A stretch of 64,000 nucleotides of DNA from an uncultured Acidimicrobiia bacterium. GTDB taxonomy: Bacteria; Actinomycetota; Acidimicrobiia; IMCC26256; JAENVU01. The notes beneath the pieces were generated by a model, which saw only the letters and a list, made by a program, of their open reading frames with translations, searched no databases and had not been told where the DNA came from. The stretch's first letter is position 1, and every line of letters starts with the position of its first letter. The translations under genes and the position numbers were made by a program. The stretch is taken from positions 183,187 through 247,186 of the forward strand of contig CAVVXW010000003.1 in the NCBI GenBank assembly GCA_963752335.1, read 5' to 3'. This document shows positions 29,180 to 38,864 of the stretch, piece after piece.

Positions 29180-30700
29180 ATGAACTGGTTCCACGATTGG
29201 GGTCTGACGCTGGCGATCTTCGTGCCGGCCGTCGGTCTGGGCTTGGTGCTGCTCGTGCCGAAGGCCGAGGAGAACACCGCGAAGGTCGTCGCGCTGCTCA
29301 CGAGCCTCGTGACGTTGGCGGTCGGTGTCGGCATCCTCGCCGACTTCGACTACGGCCGCGCCGGGAAGCTGCAGTTCGGCGTCAACGAGAAGTGGATCGA
29401 CGTCATCAGCGCGCGCTACCACCTGGGGCTCGACGGCATCTCGCTCCCGCTGCTGATCCTGTCGATGCTGATGACAGTGCTGTGCATCGTCTACTCGTGG
29501 AACCACTTCCCCGAGCCGCACAACCCGAAGGCGTTCCTGGCGCTGATCCTGGTGCTCGAGGTCGGCATGAACGGCACGTTCCTCGCCCAGGACCTGATCC
29601 TCTTCTTCATCTTCTTCGAGATCGTCCTGCTCCCGATGTTCTTCATGATCGGCGTCTGGGGAGGGCCCAACCGGGAGTACGCGTCGATCAAGTTCTTCCT
29701 CTTCACGCTGTTCGGCTCCGCGCTGATGCTGCTGAGCTTCCTGGCCCTGTTCTTCCTCCAGGGTTCGTTCCAGATCCCCGTGCTCGCGCACATGGGCGAC
29801 GGCAACCTCGCGGAGACCACGCGTCTGCTGATCTTCGGCGGCCTGTTCCTCGGTTTCGCGATCAAGGTCCCGATGTTCCCGTTCCACACCTGGCTCCCCG
29901 ATGCCCACACCGAGGCGCCGACCGTCGGTTCGGTGCTCCTGGCGGCCATCCTCCTGAAGCTCGGGACGTACGGCTTCATCCGCATCGCGCTGCCCACGTT
30001 GCCGCACGCGGCGCAGGCGTGGGCGCCGTGGATCGGCGCGCTCGCGGTGATCGGCATCATCTACGGCGCGCTGTGCTGCCTCGCCCAGACCGACATGAAG
30101 CGGCTGATCGCGTTCTCGTCGGTGGCGCACATGGGGTTCGTGATGCTCGCCATCGCGTCGCTCACCACGTTCGGCCTCAACGCCGCGGTGTTCGGGATGG
30201 TGGCGCACGGCTTGATCACCGGCATGCTCTTCTTCATCGCCGGTTCCATGCAGCACACCTACGGAACCCGGCAGATGAGCCGCCTCGGCGGCCTGCTCAA
30301 ACAGGCGCCCAAGATGGGCTGGATCCTCGGCTTCTGCGCGATGGCCTCACTCGGGCTTCCCGGTCTCGCCGGCTTCTGGGGTGAGTTCCCGGCGGTGCTG
30401 TCTGCGTACAACCCCGGTGGTGACCTGTCTGCCCCGCTCTTCCGCACGTTCATGGTCATCGCCGCGGTCGGCACGGTCCTGGCCGCGGGATACCTGCTGT
30501 GGATGTACCAACGAGTGGCGTTCGGCGAGCCGAAGGCCGAGTTCGCGGACGCGCACATCCACGACGTGAGCACGATCGAGTGGATCGCGTGGACACCGCT
30601 GCTCCTGCTCATCGTGGTGCTCGGCGTGTACCCGGACACCGTCTTCTCGCTGAGCAACGACGCGGTGACCCACATCGCCCGGGCGTTCAAGGTCGGGTGA
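29180..30700 (+). CDS. nuoM: NADH-quinone oxidoreductase subunit M (operon 2)
   Basis: Frame of ORF 29033..30700 trimmed to ATG 29180. Motifs FFIFFEIVLLPMFFMI and PFHTWLPDAHTEAPTVGSVLLAAILLKLG. Confidence 0.92.
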   Translation: MNWFHDWGLTLAIFVPAVGLGLVLLVPKAEENTAKVVALLTSLVTLAVGVGILADFDYGRAGKLQFGVNEKWIDVISARYHLGLDGISLPLLILSMLMTVLCIVYSWNHFPEPHNPKAFLALILVLEVGMNGTFLAQDLILFFIFFEIVLLPMFFMIGVWGGPNREYASIKFFLFTLFGSALMLLSFLALFFLQGSFQIPVLAHMGDGNLAETTRLLIFGGLFLGFAIKVPMFPFHTWLPDAHTEAPTVGSVLLAAILLKLGTYGFIRIALPTLPHAAQAWAPWIGALAVIGIIYGALCCLAQTDMKRLIAFSSVAHMGFVMLAIASLTTFGLNAAVFGMVAHGLITGMLFFIAGSMQHTYGTRQMSRLGGLLKQAPKMGWILGFCAMASLGLPGLAGFWGEFPAVLSAYNPGGDLSAPLFRTFMVIAAVGTVLAAGYLLWMYQRVAFGEPKAEFADAHIHDVSTIEWIAWTPLLLLIVVLGVYPDTVFSLSNDAVTHIARAFKVG

Positions 30701-30704
30701 CATC

Positions 30705-32167
30705 GTGAACCCCGGTTGGGACTTCCATGCGATCGCCCCGATCATCATCGTGTCGGCGACGATCGTCGTGGTGCTGATCGCCGACTTCTTCTTCGAGTAC
30801 CGCGGCCGGTTCCAGACCCAACAGCTCGCGACCTTCGGTGTGCTCGCGGCGATGATCCCGATCATCTCTCTCGCGGTCGACGGAGGGACGCGCGATGTTC
30901 GGAGGCGGATTCGTCGTCGATCCGTACTCGCTGGTGTTCCAGGGGTTCTTCCTCGCGGCGGCGTACGTCTCGATGCTGCTCTCGGTCGACTACATCGGCG
31001 ACGGCGACTACTACCAGGGCGAGTTCTACGTGCTGCTGCTCACGTCGCTGCTCGGCATGATGATCATGGCCAGCGCGCGGGACCTCGTCTCGATCTTCGT
31101 CGCGCTGGAGACGATCTCGATCCCGACGTTCGTGCTGGCCGGCTGGCGCAAGCACGATCCGAAGTCGAACGAAGCCGCGATCAAGTACTACCTCATCGGC
31201 GTCCTCTCGTCGGCGGTGATGCTCTACGGCATGTCGCTCGTGTTCGGGCTCACCGGATCCACGCTGTTGACCGACATCGCCCACAAGGTGGGCCGGATCG
31301 ACGAGCCGCTGCTGCTCGTGGCCGGCTTCCTGACGATCGTCGGGTTCGCCTTCAAGGTGAGCGCCGTGCCGTTCCACTTCTGGGCCCCGGACACGTACGA
31401 GGGGGCGCCCACTCCGGTGACCGCGTTCCTCTCCGTCGCATCCAAGGCCGGTGGATTCGTGGCGCTGCTCTCGGTCGTGGTCTTCGGCTTCTTCCCGAAC
31501 GCCGACATGTGGCAACCCGCGCTGTGGGTGCTCGCGGCCGCGTCGATGATCCTCGGCAACCTCGTCGCGCTGCGCCAGACCAACGTGATCCGCATGCTGG
31601 CCTACTCGTCGATCGCCCAGGGCGGGTTCATCCTCGTGCCGTTCGCAGTGGCGCCCGACGGCAACGCCCTCACCTCCTCGATCGAGGCCGTCGTCGTCTA
31701 CATCCTCATCTACGGCGCCATGAACCTCGGCGCGTTCGCGGTCGTCATCGCGCTCGCCCGGCGGACGCGCAGCGCCGAGATCTCCAGCTTCGCCGGCCTC
31801 GGGCAGTACGCGCCGGTCATGGCGCTGATGATGTCGATGTTCCTGTTCTCGCTCGCCGGTGTCCCGCCGTTCGCGGGGTGGTTCGCCAAGTTCACGATGT
31901 TCCGCGCCGCGCTCGACGCGAACACGCCGGGCGCCACGGTGCTCGGTGCGATCGCGGCGGTCAGCTCGGTGATCGCGTTCTTCTACTACGTGCGGGTCGC
32001 AGCGCGAGATCTGGTTCCACCCGACCGGTGACGGCGCCGACACTGCCCCCATCGCCACCCCCACTGCGCTCAACGCGGCGGTGGTGCTGTGCGCGGCCGT
32101 CGTGCTCGTCGTGGGCGTGTATCCGCAGCTGTTCGCCCGATTGGGCGAGCTCGCCGCCGGCGGCTGA
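30705..32167 (+). pseudogene. nuoN: NADH-quinone oxidoreductase subunit N (operon 2), two frame disruptions as assembled
   Basis: The gene lies in three consecutive frames. (1) GTG 30705 to about 30893: VNPGWDFHAIAPIIIVSATIVVVLIADFF...AVDGGTRD. (2) 30895 to about 32001: MFGGGFVVDPYSLV...FHFWAPDTYEGAPTPVTAF...FFYYVRV. (3) About 32003 to TGA 32165-32167: REIWFHPTGDGADTAPIATPTALNAAVVLCAAVVLVVGVYPQLFARLGELAAGG. Confidence 0.85.
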
Positions 32168-32176
32168 TCCGGCGCC

Positions 32177-33331
32177 GTGGACGACGCGGGCCCACCGACG
32201 CCGCGGACCCCGATCGTCGAGCACATCCATCGACTCGGACCCATGCGGTTCGGCGACTTCGTCGAGCTCGCGTTGTACGGCCCCGGGGGCTTCTTCACCC
32301 GCGGCGGCGGGGCCGGCCGTGCCGGCCGCGACTTCCTGACCAGTCCCGAGATCGGGCCGCTCTTCGGCGTCTGCGTGGCGCGGGCGCTCGACCGGGAGTG
32401 GGCGCGCCAGGGTCGGCCGGATCCGTTCGTCGTTGTGGAGGCCGGCGCCGGGAACGGGCGGCTGTGCCGAGAGGTGCTCCGCGCCGGTCCGGAGTGCGCC
32501 CCCGCGTTGCACTACGTGCTCGTCGAGCGCAGTCCCGTCCTGCGTGCGCACCAGGCGGAGCACCTCCCGCTCGAGCCCCTCGCGGACGTCCTCGGCCCGG
32601 CGCGGCCGGGCGCACCCGACGACGCCGCGGTTCCCGTCGCCGGGCTCGGTCCGATCGTCAGCGCGCTCGCCGAGCTCCCGGCGCGCCCCGTCGACGGTGT
32701 CGTGCTCGCCAACGAGCTGCTCGACAACCTGCCCTTCGAGGTCGTGGTCCGGGAACCCGCCGGGTGGTCGGAGATCCGGGTCGGCATGACGGGGGACGAT
32801 CTCGTCGAGATCCTCGTCCCGGCCGCGCCCGACCTCCTCGAGTGGGTCGGGGAGCTCGACGTGGCGCCAGGAACGCGGCTCCCCGTCCCGACGCGTGCCG
32901 TCGACTGGATCGTCGCCGCGGCGCACGAGCTCCGACGCGGCTCCGTGTGGATCGTCGACTACGCCGCGCCGTGGGTCGAGCTGGCGGCGCGCGACGGCGG
33001 TTGGCTCCGGACCTACGCGTCACACGAGCGCGCCGACGGACCGCTCGCCGCGCCCGGGTCGTGTGATGTCACCATCGACGTGCCCGTGGAGATGGTCGAG
33101 CGCGCCGCGCGTCGCGCCGGCCTCGCCGTCGCCACCTCCACCCAGGCGGCGTGGCTGCGCGACCTCGGGATCGACGGCCTCGTCGCCGAAGGCGCCGCCC
33201 GTTGGGAGGCCGGCGCCGCGGCGCCCGACCTGGAGGCGCTCGCCGGGCGGAGCCGCGGCGTCGAAGCCGCGGCGCTGACGGACCCCGGGGGTCTCGGGGC
33301 GCACACCGTCTTCGTCCTCACCACGTCCTGA
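32177..33331 (+). CDS. MidA/NDUFAF7-family (DUF185) SAM-dependent methyltransferase
   Basis: ORF 32177..33331 (GTG start). MRFGDFVELALYGPGGFFTRGGGAGRAGRDFLTSPEIGPLFG, VVEAGAGNGRL and VVLANELLDNLPF match the MidA family pattern as I recall it. It starts 9 nt after the corrected nuoN2 stop. Confidence 0.75.
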   Translation: MDDAGPPTPRTPIVEHIHRLGPMRFGDFVELALYGPGGFFTRGGGAGRAGRDFLTSPEIGPLFGVCVARALDREWARQGRPDPFVVVEAGAGNGRLCREVLRAGPECAPALHYVLVERSPVLRAHQAEHLPLEPLADVLGPARPGAPDDAAVPVAGLGPIVSALAELPARPVDGVVLANELLDNLPFEVVVREPAGWSEIRVGMTGDDLVEILVPAAPDLLEWVGELDVAPGTRLPVPTRAVDWIVAAAHELRRGSVWIVDYAAPWVELAARDGGWLRTYASHERADGPLAAPGSCDVTIDVPVEMVERAARRAGLAVATSTQAAWLRDLGIDGLVAEGAARWEAGAAAPDLEALAGRSRGVEAAALTDPGGLGAHTVFVLTTS

Positions 33332-33379
33332 CGCCCTCCGGATAGCCTCCGGATCCCGGTCGCGAGAAGGGGAACGCGC

Positions 33380-35341
33380 ATGGCGGACGTGACGCTCGAG
33401 GCACTGCTGGAGGAAGGCCGGACGTTCCCGGCGTCAGCCGAGTTCCGCGAGCGCGCCCTGGTGACGGACGCGGCGATGGCGGAGCGGGCCGCCGGGAACC
33501 CGGAGGGGTTCTGGGCCGAGCAGGCCCGCGAGCTGCTCGACTGGGAGACGGACTTCACCAGCGTCTGCGACTGGCAGCTTCCTTTCGCCACCTGGTTCGC
33601 GGACGGCCGACTCAACGTCTCCGCCAACTGCCTCGACCGCCACGTGGCGGCCGGCCACGGGGATCAGGTCGCGATCCTGTGGGAGGGCGAGCCCGGCGAC
33701 ACCCGCGCGATCAGCTACCGCGAGCTGCTCGACGAGGTCGCGCGCACCGCGAATGCGCTCAAGCGCATGGGGGTCGAGAAGGGCGACCGGGTCGCGGTCT
33801 ACATGGGGATGGTCCCGGAGTTGGCCGTCGCGATGCTCGCGTGCGCCCGGATCGGCGCCGCCCACTCGGTGGTCTTCGGTGGCTTCACGGCCGACTCCCT
33901 GCGGGATCGCATCAACGACGCCGAGGCCCGGGTCCTCATCACCGCCGACGGTGCGTGGCGTCGTGGCGGCATCGTTCCCCTGAAGGACATCGCGGACGAC
34001 ACGCTGACCGGGACTCCGTCGATCGAGCGGTGCCTCGTCCTGCGCCGGACCGAGCAGGACGTCGCCATGACCGAGGGCCGCGACGTCTGGTGGCACGACG
34101 TCGTCCCGACCGAGTCCACCGAGTGCCGGCCCGAGCCGATGGGCGCCGAGGACCTCCTCTTCATCCTGTACACCAGCGGGACGACCGGTCGACCCAAGGG
34201 CATCATGCACACCACGGGCGGGTACCTGACCCAGGTCGCGTTCACGTTCAAGTACGTGTTCGACATCCACCCCGACACGGACGTGTACTGGTGCACCGCC
34301 GACTGCGGTTGGGTGACGGGTCACTCGTACATCGTCTACGGGCCCCTCGCGAACCGCGCGACGACCCTCATGTACGAGGGGACCCCGGACCACCCGGGCA
34401 AGGATCGTTTCTGGTCGATCGTGGAGCGCTACGGCGTGACGATCCTCTACACCGCTCCGACGGCCATCAGGACCTTCATGAAGTGGGGCGCCGAGTTCCC
34501 CGACGCCCACGACCTGTCCTCGCTCCGCCTGCTCGGCTCGGTCGGGGAGCCGATCAACCCCGAGGCCTGGGTCTGGTACTGGCAGCAGATCGGTGGCGGT
34601 CGGTGCCCCGTGGTGGACACGTGGTGGCAGACCGAGACCGGCGCCATCATGATCAGCCCCCTCCCGGGCGCGACCGTGGCCAAGCCCGGGAGCGCGACGT
34701 TCCCCCTCCCGGGGATCGGCGCGGAGATCGTGAACGACGACGGCCGGCCCGTGGGGATCCCGGGTGGCGGCTACCTCACGCTGACCCGTCCGTGGCCCTC
34801 GATGCTGCGCGGGATCTGGGGTGACCCGGACCGCTACCGCACGACCTACTGGTCGCGCTTCGAGGGCCGGTATTTCGCCGGCGACGGTGCCAAGCAGGAC
34901 GCCGACGGCTACTACTGGCTGCTCGGCCGGGTCGACGACATCATGCTCGTCGCCGGCCACAACATCTCGACCACCGAGGTGGAGTCCGCGCTGGTGTCCC
35001 ATCCGGGCGTCGCCGAGGCCGCCGTGGTGGGCAAGACCGACGCCACCACCGGTCAGGCCATCGCCGCCTTCGTGATCCTGCGGGCGGGCAACGAGCCCTC
35101 CGACGCGCTCGCCACGGAGCTGCGCGACCACGTCGGCCGGCACATCGGCCCCATCGCGAAGCCGAAGTCCATCCTGTTCACGGAGGAGCTTCCGAAGACC
35201 CGCTCGGGCAAGATCATGCGCCGGCTCCTCCGCGACGTCGCCGAGGACCACGCCCTCGGGGACGTCACGACGCTGGCCGACCCGGCGGTGGTCGACGGGA
35301 TCAAGGCGCGCTACCTCGCGACGGCGACGGACGAGGACTGA
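33380..35341 (+). CDS. acs: acetyl-CoA synthetase (AMP-forming)
   Basis: ORF 33380..35341, 653 aa. Motifs YTSGTTGRPKGIMHTTGGYL, WWQTETG and LPKTRSGKIMRRLLR. Confidence 0.93.
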   Translation: MADVTLEALLEEGRTFPASAEFRERALVTDAAMAERAAGNPEGFWAEQARELLDWETDFTSVCDWQLPFATWFADGRLNVSANCLDRHVAAGHGDQVAILWEGEPGDTRAISYRELLDEVARTANALKRMGVEKGDRVAVYMGMVPELAVAMLACARIGAAHSVVFGGFTADSLRDRINDAEARVLITADGAWRRGGIVPLKDIADDTLTGTPSIERCLVLRRTEQDVAMTEGRDVWWHDVVPTESTECRPEPMGAEDLLFILYTSGTTGRPKGIMHTTGGYLTQVAFTFKYVFDIHPDTDVYWCTADCGWVTGHSYIVYGPLANRATTLMYEGTPDHPGKDRFWSIVERYGVTILYTAPTAIRTFMKWGAEFPDAHDLSSLRLLGSVGEPINPEAWVWYWQQIGGGRCPVVDTWWQTETGAIMISPLPGATVAKPGSATFPLPGIGAEIVNDDGRPVGIPGGGYLTLTRPWPSMLRGIWGDPDRYRTTYWSRFEGRYFAGDGAKQDADGYYWLLGRVDDIMLVAGHNISTTEVESALVSHPGVAEAAVVGKTDATTGQAIAAFVILRAGNEPSDALATELRDHVGRHIGPIAKPKSILFTEELPKTRSGKIMRRLLRDVAEDHALGDVTTLADPAVVDGIKARYLATATDED

Positions 35342-35343
35342 TC

Positions 35344-35841
35344 TTGGCCCGCCCGTTCGTGGCCCCGGAGCACTGGACCTGGCGGGACGGGCCCGTGGAC
35401 CCCGGCCGCTCCGTCGTGGTCGACATCGACGGCGTGCTCTCCGAAGCGGCCACCCGTCAGCACTACCTGGAGGCGCCGCGCCGGGATTGGCGAGCGTTCT
35501 TCGACGCGTGCGGTGAGGATCCGGTGATCGAGGAGGTCCGCGTGATGCTCGACCTCCTCGACCGCGGGATCCAGGTGATCCTGCTCACCGCACGCCCGCA
35601 ACGCGTGCACGAGCTCACCGAGGCGTGGCTGCGCCGCTACCAGATCCGGTGGGAGCTGCTCATCATGCGCCCGTGGGGCGACTACGAGCTGTCGCGTGAC
35701 TTCAAGCAGCTCTCGTTGTGGGACCTGCGCCAGTACGGCTTCGAGGTCCTGCTCGGCATCGAGGACGACCGGCGCAACGTCGAGATGCTGCGCGCCGAAG
35801 GGGTGCCGACCCTCTACCGCCACTCCGGCTACTACGACTGA
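35344..35841 (+). CDS. HAD-superfamily phosphatase-like protein
   Basis: ORF 35344..35841 (TTG start, 2 nt after the acs stop). DxDG motif VVVDIDGVL, LLTARP, and IEDD near the C-terminus. Confidence 0.6.
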   Translation: MARPFVAPEHWTWRDGPVDPGRSVVVDIDGVLSEAATRQHYLEAPRRDWRAFFDACGEDPVIEEVRVMLDLLDRGIQVILLTARPQRVHELTEAWLRRYQIRWELLIMRPWGDYELSRDFKQLSLWDLRQYGFEVLLGIEDDRRNVEMLRAEGVPTLYRHSGYYD

Positions 35842-37964
35842 TCGGTCGCGCCGCGTCGGCCGGGCCACCACATGTGGTCGCCGCCGATGCGCATCACGGC
35901 GGGGAGCGCGGTCATGCGGGTGACGAGCGCGTCGATCAGGATCGCGACGGTCATCCCGAATCCGAACTGCTTCACCGGCGCGCCCGGCTGGAAGACGTAG
36001 GACACGAACACGAAGATCATGATGAACGCGGCGGCGATGACCACGTGACCGCCTTCGGCGAGACCCCGCCGCACGGCCTCGGGCGCGCCGTAGGTCTCGC
36101 GCTCCTCGCGCATCCGTGACACGAGGTACACCTCGTAGTCGTTCGAGAGACCGAACAGCACGGCGAAGAAGACCGGCGCGAGCAGCGACAGGATCGGGAT
36201 GTTGGCGGGGATGCCGATCCAGCTGCGACCCCAGCCGAAGGTGAGGAACGCGACCAGCACTCCGTACGTCGCGAGGATCGTCACGATGTTGAAGAGCGCG
36301 GCCTTGAGCGGGATCCACACCGAGCGGAACACGCTCCCGAGGATGACGAGCGCGACGAGCACCACCAGTGCGATGAACAGGGGCAGCCGCTGGGCGACCC
36401 GGTCGTCGAGATCCACGAACACCGCGTTCCGTCCCGTGACGAGCGCGGTGAGCGGCGTTCCCGCGGTGGCCTGGGGCAGGGTGGTGTCGCGCAGGTGCGT
36501 CACCAGGCTGGCGGTCGCACCCGACTGCGCGCCGGAGGACGGGATGACCTGCAGCACCGCGGTCGTCCCCGACGGGTTGAGCTGGGGTGGGGTGACGGCG
36601 GCGACGTCCGGCGCCTGCGCCAGGTCCTGGAACAGCGCCGTGAGCTGCGCCTGGACGCCGGCGTCCCCGGTCGGGATCTCGACCACGACGAGGAACGGAT
36701 CGGTCGAGCCCGACCCGAACGCCTGGGTCTGGACGTCCCACGCCCGGTACTGGGTCGAGTCGGTGGGGAACAGGGAGTTGTCGAGTGGCCCGAGGCGCAG
36801 GTCCCCCTTGAACACCGGGATCGCGAGCACCAGGAGGACGACCATGGCTGCCGTGAGCATGAAGGGCGCGGTCCGGTCGACCAGCGCCGCCCACCGTCCC
36901 ATGCGTGTGCGTTCGGGGTCGGCGACGGCTTCGCGTGCCCACGGCACCCGGGCCGTGGCCAGGCGCGTCCCCACGATCCCGACGATCGCGGGCAACAGGG
37001 TGAGCGCGGCCAGGACCACCGCGGCCACGACCAGCACCACCGCGTACACGATCGCGGTCACCGACGGGACCTGGAACACGAGGAGGGCGACGAGCGCGAC
37101 CACGACGGTCGCCCCGGCCGTCAGCACCGCATGACCGATGGTGGCCAGCGCGCGACCGGACGCGATGTCGGGCGTCTCGCCGGCCTCGATGTGATCCTTG
37201 GTCCGGCTGATGACGAAGAGGCCGTAGTCGATGCCCACCCCGAGCCCGATCATGACCGCGGTGGTCTCCGAGATCGTGGGCACATCGATGAAGTTCTCCA
37301 GGATCCGGACGAGCCCGACGCCGAGCCCGACCCCCACGAGTGCGCCGACCACCGGCCACGCGAAGGACCACCAGGTCGACAGCGCCACCAGGAGGATGAT
37401 CAGAGCGATGATCAAGCCGTAGAGCACGAGCACCGGCTTGACGTCGATCGGTTGTGAGCCGGGGAGCGAGCCGCCGAGCTCGATCTGCAGGCTCGGAGTG
37501 CGGTACTTCGCGACCGATGCGGAGAGCGCATCGAACGCGGCGTGTCCGTTGTCCGGCAGGTCCTGGAAGGGTTGCTGGTACGCGACGTTGACCAGCGCGG
37601 TCGCGCCCGACTTCGAGAGCAACGCCGCGTTCGAGAACGGGCCGGTGACGGATCCGACGCCGCTCAGGCCCCGCAGCGCCGTGATGCTGTTCTCGAGCGC
37701 GAGCCGGAGGGTCGGGTCGGTCGTCAGGTTGGTGCCGTCGGGGCTGTGGTACACGACCGTCGCGCTCGTCCCGGCCGCCGCCGGGAAGCTCTGGCCGAGC
37801 AGGTCCAGTGCCTCCTGGGACGAGGCACCGGGAAGCGTGAAGTTGTTGTTGGGCTTCGCGCCGAGACCGATCCCGACGGCCCAGACCGCGACCATGACGA
37901 CGAGCCACGCGCCGAAGACCCACCAGTGCCGGCGAGCCGCGAACCCGCCCCATCGTTGCAGCAT
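35832..37964 (-). CDS. MMPL-family (RND superfamily) membrane transporter
   Basis: ORF 35832..37964, 710 aa. Two six-helix hydrophobic bundles flank soluble loops. MMPL-like N-terminus [20 protein letters not shown]. The 3' end overlaps the HAD gene by 10 nt (convergent). Confidence 0.85.
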   Translation of the reverse strand: MLQRWGGFAARRHWWVFGAWLVVMVAVWAVGIGLGAKPNNNFTLPGASSQEALDLLGQSFPAAAGTSATVVYHSPDGTNLTTDPTLRLALENSITALRGLSGVGSVTGPFSNAALLSKSGATALVNVAYQQPFQDLPDNGHAAFDALSASVAKYRTPSLQIELGGSLPGSQPIDVKPVLVLYGLIIALIILLVALSTWWSFAWPVVGALVGVGLGVGLVRILENFIDVPTISETTAVMIGLGVGIDYGLFVISRTKDHIEAGETPDIASGRALATIGHAVLTAGATVVVALVALLVFQVPSVTAIVYAVVLVVAAVVLAALTLLPAIVGIVGTRLATARVPWAREAVADPERTRMGRWAALVDRTAPFMLTAAMVVLLVLAIPVFKGDLRLGPLDNSLFPTDSTQYRAWDVQTQAFGSGSTDPFLVVVEIPTGDAGVQAQLTALFQDLAQAPDVAAVTPPQLNPSGTTAVLQVIPSSGAQSGATASLVTHLRDTTLPQATAGTPLTALVTGRNAVFVDLDDRVAQRLPLFIALVVLVALVILGSVFRSVWIPLKAALFNIVTILATYGVLVAFLTFGWGRSWIGIPANIPILSLLAPVFFAVLFGLSNDYEVYLVSRMREERETYGAPEAVRRGLAEGGHVVIAAAFIMIFVFVSYVFQPGAPVKQFGFGMTVAILIDALVTRMTALPAVMRIGGDHMWWPGRRGATDQS

Positions 37965-38092
37965 GATTCCCCCACTTCCCGAAGGTCCGACGTCGCTACC
38001 ACACGCCGGCGTGCCGGGTCACCCCCGACGATGACGGTTGCGCCCGTCAGGGTGCCTGGCCGGCGCGATTGGGACAGATCGTTGCCTTCACC

Positions 38093-38842
38093 TCAGTCGG
38101 TCGATGACGTGCCGAGCGCGGCACCGACGATGCCGGCGTCGTTGTGGAGCTGCGCCGCGACGATCTCGGTGCGCAGGTCGATCCGGGGCAGGAACTTGTC
38201 GGCCTTCTTGCTGACCCCGCCGCCGATGATGATGAGGTCCGGCCAGAGCAGGCGCTCGACGAGCTCGAGGTAGCGCTGCAGGCGGTGGGCCCAGTGCTTC
38301 CACGAGAGGTCCTCGCGTTCGCGGACGGCCTCCGCCGCGAACTCCTCGGCGGCGCCGCCTTCGAGCGGGAGGTGTCCCAGCTCCGTGTTCGGGATCAAGA
38401 CGCCACCGGAGAACACCGCGCTCCCGATCCCGGTCCCGAGCGTCACCATCACGACGCTCCCCGTGTGCCCGCGACCGGCTCCGAAGCGGACCTCGGCCAC
38501 GCCCGCGGCATCGGCGTCGTTCATCACCGTGATCTTGCGGCCGATGGTGCGGCCGAAGTGCTCGACCGCGTCGACGCCGATCCAGGCCCGGTCGATGTTC
38601 GCCGCGGTCTCGACGACCCCGTTGCGCACGACGGCAGGGAGGGTCAACCCGATCGGGCCGGGAGCGTCGAGCTGGGTCAGCACCTCGCCGACGGCATCGG
38701 CGACACGATCGGGCGTCGGTGGGGTCGGCGTGAGCACGCGGACTCGCTCGGCCGCGAGCTCACCCACGCGGACGTCGACCGGAGCACCCTTGATCCCCGT
38801 ACCGCCGATGTCGACGCCGATCGCGTGCGTGCTGTCCTGCAT
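38093..38842 (-). CDS. ppgK: polyphosphate glucokinase (ROK family)
   Basis: ORF 38093..38842. Motifs [39 protein letters not shown] and ELGHL. GGAGG SD upstream. Confidence 0.85.
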   Translation of the reverse strand: MQDSTHAIGVDIGGTGIKGAPVDVRVGELAAERVRVLTPTPPTPDRVADAVGEVLTQLDAPGPIGLTLPAVVRNGVVETAANIDRAWIGVDAVEHFGRTIGRKITVMNDADAAGVAEVRFGAGRGHTGSVVMVTLGTGIGSAVFSGGVLIPNTELGHLPLEGGAAEEFAAEAVREREDLSWKHWAHRLQRYLELVERLLWPDLIIIGGGVSKKADKFLPRIDLRTEIVAAQLHNDAGIVGAALGTSSTD

Positions 38843-38864
38843 CCGTGGCCCTCCGGTGACGAGG

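Noticed and set aside
35832-35841. A 10-nt convergent overlap between the HAD phosphatase gene and the MMPL gene, considered as a possible antisense regulatory arrangement.
   Set aside because: Short 3'-3' overlaps are common in compact high-GC genomes, and nothing else is unusual here.
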